64,000 nucleotides of DNA, taken from the NCBI GenBank assembly GCA_043228905.1, contig JBHGNT010000006.1, forward strand, positions 14,074,001 to 14,138,000, written 5' to 3'. The first letter of the stretch is position 1; each line of letters opens with the position of its first letter. Under the pieces are notes generated by a model. The model was not told the origin of the DNA. It was given only the letters and a program-made list of their open reading frames with translations, and made no database searches. This DNA comes from Azolla caroliniana. Taxonomy: Eukaryota > Plantae > Polypodiophyta. The position numbers were made by a program, and so were the translations under genes. Of the stretch, positions 1 through 12,610 are shown in pieces.

Positions 1-48
1 GGCCTTGCGTTCAGTTGTTGAGTTGTTCTTCTCCGCAGCCGAGAGTTG

Positions 49-1008
49 TCAGCTAGCATAATACTTTGGCCGGTACCAATTTGGTGGTGTGCACTGCATG
101 AGTGCGCTACCGATGGCTATATTTGATGCGTCTACGAAGACGTGAAAAGGTTCAGACCAGACTGGTGGTTGTACAACAGGGGCATGGGAGAGCATTAACT
201 TCAAGGATTGGTAAGCCTCGTCTTCTATTGAAAACCACTGAAATGGGAGTCTATGCACAGCCGCATGCAATGGAGTCATGAAATCGGCCAGGTGTTGTAA
301 CATCTGGCTATGCCATCTGATTTGGCCCAGGAATCGGCTAAGGGACTTCGCGGTAGAGGGCGTGGGAGCGTTCAAAATGGCTTGCACTTTATCCGGGTCC
401 ATGGCGATACCTGACTGACTGACTATGTGCCTGAGCAGGTTGCCGCTTGTCACCAAGAATGCGCCTTTTGCCGAATTTATGCTCAACCGAGCTTGTCGAC
501 ATCGATCGAGACAGAGGCATAACTGGGTCATATGCTCCAGCCACTGGCCATACACGGCAAACTCGTCGAGGAAAACTTGCATGAACGCCGGGATATACTC
601 GTTGAAAATCTCGGTGATGATGCATTCGAATGTGGCCGGTGCCGTTTTTAATCCGAACATCATTACCTCGGCCACGAAGACACCCCATTCCATGACAAAC
701 CGCATTTTCTCCTGATCGTTCGGGTGCATTCTGATTTGGTTATAGCCACTGAACCCATCGAGAAAATTGTAGCATTCATGGCCAGCCACCATGTCAAGGA
801 CACTATCCGTGAATGAGAAAGGAAACCCATCCGTGACTGTCGTAGCATTGAGTTTGCGGTAATCAACGCAAACACGGATTTTCTCATTTTTCTTGGGGAC
901 GACGACTATTGGGCATAACCATGTGGCTCTTTTTACTAGGCGTATAAAACCTACTCGGAGGAGCTTGTCGATCTCCTCTTTGACCTTAGCCGCGTAGTTG
1001 GGGTTCAT
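49..1008 (-). pseudogene. pol: Gypsy B reverse transcriptase and start of RNase H
   Basis: PIVVVPKK..IRVCVDYRKLN, LDGFSGYNQI, MMFGLKTAP, FLDE (YxDD variant), FHVFVDAS; flanking in-frame stops. Confidence 0.92.
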
Positions 1009-1713
1009 ACAGTATCGTTATTGTTGGACGGGCCGAGCGTCAGGCAGGAGGTGTATTTGGTGTTGGTAATATTGGGGATCCAATCCCTTCATATCAGTGT
1101 AAGACCATGTGAATACATCCTGATAATCCGTGAGTAGGTGTATGAGGGTTGACCGTTCGTTGACTGGTAAGTTGTTAGCGATTTGTAGTGTACGCGGGTT
1201 CTCGTCGGAGCCGAGGTTGAGTGACTCGAGTGTTGATGCTTTGACTCGCTGGGAGATGGCGAGTTCTCGTTCAAACGCATCCCAAGCATGACTTAATTCC
1301 ACAATAGTTTTGGAATCTGGCTCGCTCGGGGGAAGTGAATCTTCCGTGACATCCTCGTCTAGGGGTGTGCCGAAGGCCGAGATGGCGTCTATTTCGAAGA
1401 GGGGTATGATAGTGGGATGATCTTCTAGGAAGTCCTCCACCTCGTCGTCAGCTAACCCGTCGAGCATGTGTACCCCTTCCGCGTATAAGGGTGTGGTGTT
1501 GTGGGGCGTGGTCAGGCATTCTTCTGTTATTATCCGTATCTTGGTCTTTCCCTAGCGGAAAGAGTATTTCGTTGCCAATGTTGCTTAATATTTGTTGTGC
1601 GCAGCCAGGGTCATCCAAGCAGCATTGGGTAGGCACCCGGAGCTTTGAGGCGTAACACGACTGCCGAGATAGTGAACATGTGGCCTCCTAACGTGAACTT
1701 GAGGTGGCAGATT

Positions 1714-2082
1714 TGTTAGGAAACAGGTCCCTCCGGATGGTGAAGACCCGGTGAGAACCGGATTAAGAGTACCCGGCTACGGAGAGCCGGATGGTGCAGA
1801 CCCGGTGAGAACTGGATGAAGAGTACACGGCTATGGAGAGTCGGATGGTGCAGACCCGGTGAGAACCGGATGACGAGGTACCCGGCAAGCGCCGAATGAT
1901 GCAGGCCCGGTGAGGAGTGCTCACCGGATGAAGAGACATATTCATAAATATGTTTCTGAGAGTCCATCGTGGCTATATTTGTAAATAGCCGAAAAGTCAT
2001 ATTAGTATAAATATGACTTAGGGCAAACTCTAGATGAGTTGTTGTTATTCTTGTTTGTGTAAGATCAGAGTGCGTAACTGTG

Positions 2083-2122
<40 letters not shown>

Positions 2123-2394
2123 GAGGTTGTTGCCTCTGTTTGTAACCGCCGCCTGTGGCGAAGATAGAAAGCTCGAGGTTGTTGCCTCGGTGCTTTACTG
2201 TTGTATACTGTAACATAGTGATAGTTTGCAGCCTGTGGGCTGCCGTGGTTTTTCCCTAGTTTGGGTTTTCCACGTAAACATCCTGTGTACTCTTCTCTTC
2301 ACTGTGTCGTGCATTCATTCCCCATTTTTCTATGTATGATTCTAAGCTTGGTTGTGGCCGAGCGTTGCGCATAGGGAGCGTGTAGTCGCTGACA
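1714..2394 (+). repeat. 5' LTR of Copia A, with 54-bp tandem repeats and (GA)n
   Basis: Direct repeat of 7949-8653; begins TGTTAGG, ends GACA immediately before the PBS. Confidence 0.95.
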
Positions 2395-2397
2395 ATG

Positions 2398-2408
2398 TGG
2401 TATCAGAG
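2398..2408 (+). promoter_or_regulatory. Primer-binding site, tRNA-iMet type (Copia A)
   Basis: TGGTATCAGAG 3 nt after the LTR end. Confidence 0.92.
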
Positions 2409-2424
2409 TGAAACGACACAGAAA

Positions 2425-5400
2425 ATGGACGATTTGTTGGGAGGTATGTTCAAGCTCACCGGCTCCAACTATTCAGTGTGGAAGTCAAAGATGAGGGACA
2501 TGCTCGTGGTTAAAGATCTTTGGTTGTCGGTTCAGTTCGGAGACAAGAGACCGGACAAAATCGACGCCACAATATGGGAGGTGATGCACATGAAGACAAC
2601 GGCGTATAAACGGTGCTTCATCGACATGAGCCTATACAACAACTTCAATGAAGAGAGCAAGGCTCATGAGCTCTAGGAGAAGATCGACATTATGTTTCAA
2701 AACAAAAATGTTGTTAATCAGGTTTCGGTATTTCGGAAGCTAGTAAGACTCCGGTACCAAGATGGCTCCAGCATGGCGGAGCACATGAATGCCTTCCAGG
2801 GGCTGATCCACCAGGCAACGTCATTGGAAGTACCTCTCACCGATGAGGTACTAGCGCTACTCCTGCTCAGTTCCCTCCCAGATAGATAGCTAGGAGACGT
2901 TGGTTGTCACCTTGGGCAACGCCGGGCCGGAAGGGAAACAGTTATCCCTAGCAAGAGTAAAGTCGAGCTTGCTAGATGAGGAGGCGCATCGGAAAGATAA
3001 GGATACGAGCTCCGACTCCAAAGCGCTTCTTACCGAATCGAAACGCGGAAGACAAACGAACCGTAGTCCCCAAAACCGGGAAAAGTCGGGGACACAGTCA
3101 AAGTCAAGGGGGAGGCCTACTTGCTTCTATTGCGGTAAGCCGGGACACTTCCAGAAGAACTGTCGGCATTTCCGAGAAGACAAGGAAACCGACGGTACCG
3201 ATTCGAAACGGACACCGGACCAGAACGGTAAAGACCGGACGGGGCCGGACCGGAAGGGAACGACGGCAATCGCGGCAAGTGAAGAAGAGTTGATGCTCAT
3301 CACTGAGGAGAGTGAGATAAACCTTGCCGGCGACGAGATGACCTGGGTGGTAGACTCCGGAGCGTCGTTCCACCTTACCCCGGACCGGAAATGCTTCTCA
3401 TCCTACTCAGCCGGTGATCACGACTCTGTCTGGATGGGGAATGAAGGTACATGCCGAATTGTCGGCATAGGAGACATGTGGCTGACAACGCCAACCGGAT
3501 GCAAGCTATTGCTGAAGGATGTCCGACACGTTCTAGAGGTTCATCTGAACCTGATATCAGCCGGTCGGCTAGATGATGAAGGCTACACGGGTAGCATCCG
3601 GAACGGTGTTATGAAGTTCAGCAAAGGGAGCCTGATTGTGGCTTGGGCCCGGAAGGTAAACGCGATGTACCTGATGAATGCCTGGTTATGTCCGGAGGAA
3701 GTGAATGTGGCATCCGACACTGCCGGTGAGCTATGGCACAAAAGGTTGTGTCACATGAGCGAGATTGGGATGAAGAGGCTTGCAGACGACAACCTCATTT
3801 CAGTGAAGAATGTGCACTTGGAGAAGTGCACTGATTGTCTGGCCGGTAAGCAAAACCGGACCTCCTTTCGACCAAGGCCACCGATGAGACGTAATGCACC
3901 ACTGGAGTTGGTGTATACTGATGTGTGTCAAGTGGACACGAAGTCACATGCAGGATCGCAGTACTTCGTGACGTTCATAGATGACCACAGCCGGAAGCTG
4001 TGAGCCACACCGTTGAAGATGAAGGATCAGGTGCTATCCGTCTTCAAAGAGCTCCACGCGAGAGTGGAAAGAGAAACCGGCCGGAAGCTGAAGGCGGTTC
4101 GAGCAGATAACGGAGGTGAATACTAGGGGCAATTCGAGGAGTACTATCGGTCGAAGGGAATCCGGCTCGAATTTACTGTGCCGAAGACGCCGGAACTAAA
4201 CGGGCTGGCCGAGAGGATGAACCGGACCATAATGGAGAGGGTCCAGAGTATGCTGGCACATGCAAAACTACCCAAGAAGTTTTGGGCTGAGGCACTGTCG
4301 ACGGCGACATATGTGATAAACAGATCACCCTCAGTACCCTTGGACGAAGACACGCCATAGAGAGTCTGGACCGATAAGGAAGTGTCCTACCGGCATCTGA
4401 AGGTATTCGGGTGTCTTGTGTATGTGCATGTAGCTAAGGACCGGAGAGGAAAACTAGATCCGAAAACCCGGCCATGCATATTCCTCAGTTACGGCGACGA
4501 TGAGTTCGGCTACTGAGTGTGTGGGACCTAGTCGACAAGAAGGTATTCCGAAGTCGAGATATTATCTTCATGGAGGACAAGACGCTCGCCGACTGGGAGT
4601 CGGAGAAGAAGATAATGAACTCCGAGTCGACCGGTAACGATTGATTCTACGATGAGCAGACCCAACCGGCAAGAGACCAGTTAGTACTCGAGAAACCAGC
4701 CGGTTACGGTGAGGATACCGAACTGGCAGAAGAAGGAGTAGAGGAAGTTGAAACCGGAACCGGCCAAGACCCCGAATCGGATTCGGATGAAGAGCAAATG
4801 GAGGAGCCGGTTACCGAAGCCTAGAGACGGAGATATCCTCTGAGAGAGAGAAGGGCCCCTCGGAGATTTCCGGATGCAGAGCATGTGCTGCTAACTTATG
4901 AGGGGGAGCAAGAAAGCTTCGAAGAAGCGAAGGATGACACCCACAACCGAAAATGGTTAAGTGCCATGTAGGATGAGATGGATTCCCTGCATGAGAACCA
5001 TACGTACGAATTGGTGGAGTTGTCAAAAGCAAAGCGGGCACTCCTAAACAAGTGGGTGTACAAGTTGAGACCGGGAGATGCCGGCAAGCCCCCGAGATAC
5101 AAAGTCCGGATCGTGGTGAAAGGGTTCCAGCAGAAGAAGAGCGTGGACTTCGACGAGATATTTGCCCTAGTAGTAAAGATGACCTCCATCCGGACGGTGT
5201 TGAGTATAGCGGCAAGCATGGACCTCGAGGTAGAGCAGTTGGACGTGAAGACAACTTTCCTTCACGGTGACCTCAAAGAGGAGATCTACATGCAACAACC
5301 GAAAAGATTCGAGGAGAAAGGGAAGGAGCACCTGGTTTGCCGGTTAAAGAAGAGCATGTATGGACTGAAGCAGGCTCCCCGACAATGGTACCAGAAGTTT

Positions 5401-7938
5401 GACTCCTTCATGACCGATCAAGGGTACCACAAGACGCAGGCGATCACTGCGTGTTTGTGAAGAAGTTCGAAGGAGGCGACTTCCTGATACTCTTTCTGTA
5501 CATGGACGACATGTTGATCGTCATACGGGACCAAGCCAAAATACGGATGCTGAAGAAGGCTCTCAACTGGACCTTCTCAATGAAAGACTTGGGTCCGGCA
5601 AGACAGATGTTGGGGATGCATATTATCCAAAACCGGTCAATGAAGCAATTGTGGCTGTCACAGGAGAAGTACGTGACAAAGGTGGTTCAGTACCCTTGGA
5701 CGGAGAGGAAAGTTAGATCCAAAGACCCGGCCATGCATATTCCTCGGTTACGGCGACGATGAGTTCGGCTACCGAGTGTGGGACTTGGTCCACAAGAAGG
5801 TATTTCGGAGTCGAGATATTATCTTTATGGAGGACAAGACGCTCGCCGACTAGGAGTTGGAGAAGAAGATAATGAACTCCGAGTCGACCGGTAAGGATCA
5901 ATTCTACGATGAACAGACCCAACCGGCAAGAGACCGGTTAGCACTCGAAGAACCAGTCGGTTACGGTGAGGATACTGAACCGGCTAAAGAAGAAGTAGAG
6001 GAAGCCGAATCCGGAACCGGCCAAGACCCCGAATCGGATTCGGATGAAGAGCAAATGGAGGAGCTTGTTACCGAAGCCCGAAGACGGAGATATCCTCTGA
6101 GAGAGAGAAGGGCCCCCTAGAGATTTCCGTATGTAGAGCATGTTCTGCTAACCGATGAAGGGGAGCCGGAAAGCTTCGAAGAAGTGAAGGATGACACCCA
6201 CAGCCGAAAATGGTTAAGTGCCATGTAGGACGAGATGGAATCCCTGCATGAGAACCATACGTACAAATTGGTGGAGTTTCCGAAAGGAAAGGGGGCACTC
6301 CAAAATAAGTCGGTCTACAAGTTGAAACCGGGAGATGCTGGCAACCCCCCGAGATACAAAGCCAGGATCATGGTGAAGGGGTTCCAACAGAAGAAGGGCG
6401 TGGACTTCGACGAGATATTTGCCCCGGTAGTAAAGATGACCTCCATCCGGACAATGCTGAGTATAGCGGCAAGCATGGACCTCGAGGTAGAGCAGCTGGA
6501 CGTGAAGACGACATTCCTCCACGGCGACCTCGAAGAGGAGATCTACATGCAACAACCGGAAGGATTCGAGGAGAAAGGGAAGGAGCACCTGGTTTGCCGG
6601 TTGAAGAAGAGCATGTACGGACTGAAGCAGGCTCCCTGACAATGGTACCAGAAGTTCGACTCCTTCATGACCGATGAAGGGTACCACAAGACACAGGCCG
6701 ATCACTGCGTGTTTGTGAAGAAGTTTGAAGGAGGCAACTTCCTGATACTCTTTCTGTACGTGGACAACATGTTGATCGTCGGACGGGACCAAGCCAAAAT
6801 ACGGATGCTGAAGAAGGCTCTCAACCGGACCTTCTCAATCAAAGACTTGGGTCCGGCAAGACAGATGATGGGGATGCATATTATCCGGAACCGGTCAATG
6901 AAGCAATTGTGGCTGTCACAAGAGAAGTACGTGACAAAGGTGGTTCAGCGGTTCAATATGTCAGATGCGAAACCGGTCGGATCGACACTTCCGGCAAACT
7001 GCAGGTTATCCGGTAAGCAAAGCCCGAAGACAAAAGCAGAGAAGGCTGATATGATGAAGGTTCCATATGCCTCTACCGTCGGGAGCTTAATGTACGCAAT
7101 GGTGTGTACCCGACCAGATATAGGATACGCAGTTGGACTGGTGAGCCGGTTTATGAGCAATCCCGGCAAGGAGCACTGGAACGCAATCAAATGGATACTT
7201 TGGTACTTGAAGGGCACTTCGAATATGTGTCTCTGATTCGCCTCTGGAAAACCTCAACTTGACGGTTTCACTGATTCGGACATGTCGGCTGATGTGGATA
7301 CTAGTCGGTCCACATCCGGGTATGTAATGACATATGCAGGGGGAGCTGTTTCGTGGCAATCGAGGTTTCAGAAGATGTTTGCGTTGTCAACCATGGAGGT
7401 GGAGTACATGGCGGCTGTGGAAGCCGACAAGGAAATACTGTGGATGAAGGACTTCATGGAAGAGCTAGGGATCTGGCAAGAGGAATACCGGCTCTATTGC
7501 GACAGTCAAAGTGCCATCCACCTTGCGAAGAACGCAGCATATCATTCCAGGACAAAGCACATCTAGCGCAAGTACCACTAGATCTGTGAGCAAGTTGAAG
7601 ATCGAGAGTTCGTGCTGATGAAGATCCACACGAAGGAAATATTATGGATGAAGGACTTCATCGGAGAACTCGGTATCAGGCAAGATGAATACCGGCTCTA
7701 CTATGACAGTGAAAGTGCCATCCACCTTGCTAAGAATGCGGCCTACCATTCCCGGACGAAGTATATCCAGTGAAGGTATCACTGGATCCGGGAAAGAGTA
7801 GATGACTAGGAGTTCGCGCTGACTAAGATCCACACGGCCGAGAACGAGCCAGATATGCTGACCAAAGTACTGATACCCGACAAGCTGGATGGATGCCGAA
7901 AGCGGATCGGACTAGTAAAATATCCCATGCCAGAGTGA
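2425..7938 (+). pseudogene. Copia A gag-pol polyprotein, broken by stops and frameshifts
   Basis: CFYCGKPGHFQKNC knuckle, WVVDSGASFH protease, LWHKRLCH/CTDC integrase, VKMTSIR/LDVKTTFLHG/LYVDNML RT, SADVDTSRSTSGY RNase H. Confidence 0.92.
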
Positions 7939-7948
7939 AGGGGGAGTT

Positions 7949-8381
7949 TGTTAGGAAACAGGTCCCTTCGGATGGTGAAGACCCGGTGAGAACCGGATGA
8001 AGAGTACCCGGCTACGGAGAGCCGGATGGTGCATACCTGGTGAGAACCGAATGAAGAGTACCCGGCTACGGAGAGCCGGATGGTGCAGACCTGGTGAGAA
8101 CCAGATGAAGAGTACACGGCTATGGAGAGCCGGATGGTGCAGACCCGGTGAGAACCGGATGACGAGTACCCGGCAAGCGCCGGATGATGCAGGCCCGGTG
8201 AGGAGTGCTCACCGGATGAAGAGACATATTCATAAATATGTTTCTGAGAGTCCATCGTGGCTATATTTGTAAATAGCCGAAAAGTCATATTAGTATAAAT
8301 ATGACTTAGGGCAAACTCTAGATGAGTTGTTGTTATTCTTGTTTGCGTAAGATCAGAGTGCGTAACTGTGTACAGAGAGAG

Positions 8382-8424
<43 letters not shown>

Positions 8425-8653
8425 GAGGTTGTTGCCTCTGTTGTAACCGCCGCCTGTGGCGAAGATAGAAAGCTCGAGGTTGTTGCCTCGGTGCTTTACT
8501 GTTGTATACTGTAACATAGTGATAGTTTGCAGCCTGTGGGCTGCCGTGGTTTTTCCCTAGTTTGGGTTTTCCACGTAAACATCTTGTATATTCTTCTCTT
8601 CACTGTGTCGTGCATTCATTCCCCGTTTTTCTGTGTATGATTCTTAGCTTGGT
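7949..8653 (+). repeat. 3' LTR of Copia A (one extra 54-bp unit; 3' end truncated)
   Basis: Matches 1714-2353 and is preceded by PPT AGAGTGAAGGGGGAG. Confidence 0.93.
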
Positions 8654-9066
8654 ATGTGCCCTAAACCCTATGGGGCGAACCAAACGCGTATCGGCCATCC
8701 GAAGCCAAAAGGGGCAAGGTTCCCATTGGTTCAGACCAAGTGTGTGACATGTGGCCTCGCTGATGACGTTCACTCCGGAGCCACTATTGATTATGCATCC
8801 ATGAAGGTCGCATCCTTTAATCATGATTTTCACGGCTGGATTCTGGGAATCCATGATGGGTGGGCCCGTCCCTGGCTCTGTTAGGTTAACAGGGGGTCCA
8901 ACCGATTTGTCGTTAGTCGTGAGCATAGCCAAGGTATCCCAAAAGTGTGGCATAAGCGGTAAAAGCTTATGCAATGGTAGCATGATTCTAGAATTGGTAA
9001 GGGCGTCCCGCAGATGGTCATCTTCTGCCGCGGTGGATGGTCCTGTGGACTGTGGTGCTCCGATGC

Positions 9067-10347
9067 TCACGTCTTGCATCTCTGTGTGATCTGCTCCACG
9101 TTGCTTTTATTGGCAATGTCAATCCATTCCTTGGCTGCTTGTCGGACATCATCTTGTACATGCCATTGGATGGCCTGGGTTCTGCTACGTGTAGTGACGT
9201 GTTGAACATCGGCCATAATAATATTCACGGTCGGGGCCTTGCCGCGGTCCGTGGTTGGGCATTCGGTAGCGTAGTGGTCGGGTTGGTTACACTTAAAGCA
9301 GGTAACCGATGCCGAGTTGTTGGGGCCACCGTGCTCAGTGTGTGGGAAAGGGTGTGAGCAGTTCCCAGCCGCTTGTGTAGGTGTGGTGGCCCGTGGTGTG
9401 TTATGGGGAAGAGAGTTGTGCGATACGTTTGGAGGAGGGTCCCAACGACAATTGTCGTTATGCCATCGATTATTCCGCAAACCTTTGTCAGAGTTTCTTC
9501 TATCATTTCGTGAATACCGTTGATCGTACTGGTCATCCTGGTCGTTGTCGTACCGGTCATACTCGTCGTTTGCTCTATATTGGTCATTGTGGTATTGGTC
9601 ACGGAGGTTGTCATGGCGGTAGCGGTCGTCGTGGCAGTAGAGGTTATCCCGATGTTGGTATGACTGACGTTCGTCCTGCCGTGAGTATGTATTGCAAGGC
9701 TCGATCTGACAAACCGGAGCCATCATTGTACGGTTGAGCATGTTGTATTCACATTGTCCAATCGTGTGAGATCGGCACTGACAGATTCGACAATGTGGCC
9801 AGTGAGGGCACTGGAGAGCCAGATGGCCCGAGCCCGAGCAGGCTGGGCATTGGAGGGCTTGCCGGAACCAATTGTCCTCCTGAGGAAGGGTGCTTTGCAA
9901 AGAGCCCATGGAGAAAGTCATGCTATGATGTGTCCGATCGATGGCGAGGACGTGTGCGATGACTTGCTCGATTGTCTGGTTAGAAAAATTGGTAAGTGCG
10001 AGACGCTCCCGTAGGCTAGAAAGGAAGGTGTCTGGAATGTGATGTGCGGAGACATCATCGGCCAGTTGTCGATAGAGATCTTGAAACCGGATTGTGAACT
10101 GGGTGACCGTCTCGTGAGGTTCTTGGCTCATGGAAAAGAACTATCGGAGTAGTTCGCGCTTCGGAACTTCGCGGTGAAATAATTCTAGAAACTTTGTTCG
10201 GACTTCCTGGAACATTGTGACCTCCCCCACATCAAGGCGGGAATACCATCGAGCAGCCAGGCCATCGAGGGATAGAGCAAATTCGCGATTTTGGAGGACT
10301 CGATTTTGGCAACTGATAACCGCTGCATCGAGTGGATGGCCTACCAT
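9067..10347 (-). pseudogene. gag: Gypsy B gag (retrotransposon gag domain, zinc knuckles, D/R/Y-rich low-complexity stretch)
   Basis: SLDGLAARWY...FLELFHR, QEPHETVTQFTIRFQDL, CCHC motifs; split by a stop. Confidence 0.85.
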
Positions 10348-10650
10348 GTGGACAGGAAAGCACGGGTGTGCGATTCCACGTTGGGGCCGTCTGTATATCG
10401 TGGGTAAGGGTAAGGCATGGTATCGAGATCTAGGTCTTTAGGTAAAGCCAGAAAACGGTTAGGGTCATGTTGGGTGACCTCTAGAGGGCTTGGTGGGAAG
10501 ATCGGTGCGGAATCAACTCACAACTAGGTATCGGGTGGCGAGGATTGCAACCGGCGGGCCTCCGATAGTTCCTAGAAAGATTAGTTAGTGACCACCGAGT
10601 CAGCAGTTCCTTCGACTGGCTCAGGGCGTCAGGCAAGTGGCCAAGACCGT

Positions 10651-12610
10651 GTGATATGATTGGGTGTCATAATGGCGGCTGAGGTTTGCCTCCTACGTAG
10701 TTCGTTGTGACCTTACAACTGTAACCGGGCGTGCCAAATTGTGTTAACCGTTTCTAGAGGAAACACCTTCGATGAGCCCACAAGCTATCGATATCAAGGG
10801 GTCGTGTTATGTGGAGGCTTCTTCTACACCGAGAATACGTTAGGGGAACAGGGAGCGTACATTGGCTACAACCCGGTACACATAGACGTAGCTCCGTGAT
10901 ACGATTGGGCGTTGTAATGGCGGCTAAGGTTTGCCTCCTACGTAGTTCGTTGTGACCTTACAACTGTAACCGGGCGTGCCAAATTGTGTTAACCATTTCT
11001 AGAGGAAACACCTTCGATGAGCCCATAGGCTATCGGTATCAAGGGGTCGTGTTATGTGGAGGCTTCTTCTACACCGAGAATACGTTAGGGGAACAGGGAG
11101 CGTACATTGGCTACAACCCGGTAGACGTAGACGTAGCTCCGTGATACGATTGGGCGTTGTAATGGCGGCTAAGGTTTGCCTCCTAAGTAGTTCGTTGTCA
11201 CCTTACAACTGTAACCGGGCGTGCCAAATTGTGTTAACCGTTTCTAGAGGAAACACCTTCGATGAGCCCACAGGCTATCGGTATCAAGGGGTCATGTTAT
11301 GTGGAGGCTTCTTCTACACCGAGAATACATTAGGGGAACAGGGAGCATACATTGGCTACAACCCGGTAGACGTAGACGTAGCTCCGTGATACGATTGGGC
11401 GTTGTAATGGCGGCTAAGGTTTGCCTCCTCCGTAGTTCGTTGTCACCTTACAGCTGTAATCGGGCGTGCCAAATTGTGTTAACCGTTTCTAGAGGAAACA
11501 CCTTCGATGAGCCCACAGGCTATCGGTATCAAGGGGTCGTGTTATGTGGAGGCTTCTTCTACACCAAGAATACGTTAGAGGAACAGGGAGCGTACATTGG
11601 CTACAACCCGGCAGACGTAGACGTAGCTCCGTGATACGATTGGGCGTTGTAATGGCGGCTAAGGTTTGCCTCCTCCGTAGTTCGTTGTGACCTTACAGCT
11701 GTAATCGAGCGTGCCAAATTGTGTTAACCGTTTCTAGAGGAAACACCTTCGATGAGCCCACAGGCTATCGGTATCAAGGGGTCGTGTTATGTGGAGGCTT
11801 CTTCTACACCGAGAATACGTTAGGGGAACAGGGAGCGTACATTGGCTACAGCCCCGTACACATAGACGTAGCTCCGTGATACGATTGGGCGTTGTAATGG
11901 TGGCTAAGGTTTGCCTCCTCCGTAGTTCGTTGTGACCTTACAGCTGTAATCGGGCTTGCCAAATTGTGTTAACCGTTTCTAGAGGAAACACCTTCGATGA
12001 GCCCACAGGCTATCGGTATCAAGGGGTCGTGTTATGTAGAGGCTTCTTCTACACCGAGAATACGTTAGGGGAATAAGGAGCGTACATTGGCTACAACCCG
12101 GTAGACGTAGATGTAGCTCCGTGATACGATTGGGCGTTGTAATGGCGGCTAAGGTTTTCCTCCTACGTAGTTCGTTGTCACCTTACAGCTGTAATCGGGC
12201 GTGCCAAATTGTGTTAACCGTTTCTAGAGGAAACACCTTCGATGAGCCCATAGGCTATCGGTATCAAGGGGTCGTGTTATGTGGAGGCTCCTTCTACACC
12301 GAGAATACGTTAGGGGAACAGGGAGCGTACATTGACTACAACCCGGTAGACGTAGATGTAGCTCCGTGATACGATTGGGCGTTGTAATGGCGGCTAAGGT
12401 TTGCCTCCTACGTAGTTCGTTGTGACCTTACAGCTGTAACCGGACGTGCCAAATTGTGTTAACCGTTTCTAGAGGAAACACCTTCGATGAGCCCACAGGC
12501 TATCAATATCAAGGAGTCATGTTATGTGGAGGTTTCTTCTACACCGAGAATACGTTAGGGGAACGGGGAGCATACACTGGCTACAACCCGGTAGACGTAG
12601 ACGTAGCTCG
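10651..12610. repeat. Tandem array, 8 x 245 bp, at the internal end of the putative Gypsy B 5' LTR
   Basis: Units start GTGATA(C/T)GATTGGG at 10651, 10896, 11141, 11386, 11631, 11876, 12121, 12366; last unit ends at 12610. Confidence 0.97.

Larger units (their letters stand above)
1714..8653 (+). mobile_element. Ty1/Copia element A (Tnt1-like), near full length, with internal duplications
   Basis: 5' LTR 1714-2394 (TG...CA). PBS TGGTATCAGAG 2398-2408. Gag-PR-INT-RT-RH fragments in Copia order. PPT 7932-7946. 3' LTR 7949-8653 lacks its last ~40 bp. Confidence 0.95.

Noticed and set aside
1716-2216. Antisense ORFs in Copia A LTRs (also 7806-8288)
   Set aside because: They arise from the 54-bp in-frame repeat, and the frames differ between the two LTRs.
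10651-12610. CRISPR-like array or ribozyme (retrozyme) in the 245-bp units
   Set aside because: There are no unique spacers. TCGATGA-GCC-caca-GGC resembles a hammerhead stem II but lacks CUGAUGA and the following GAAA. The GGCTACAACCCGG...GTAGACGTA segment lacks the twister UAA/P2 strand and the AAGC loop.
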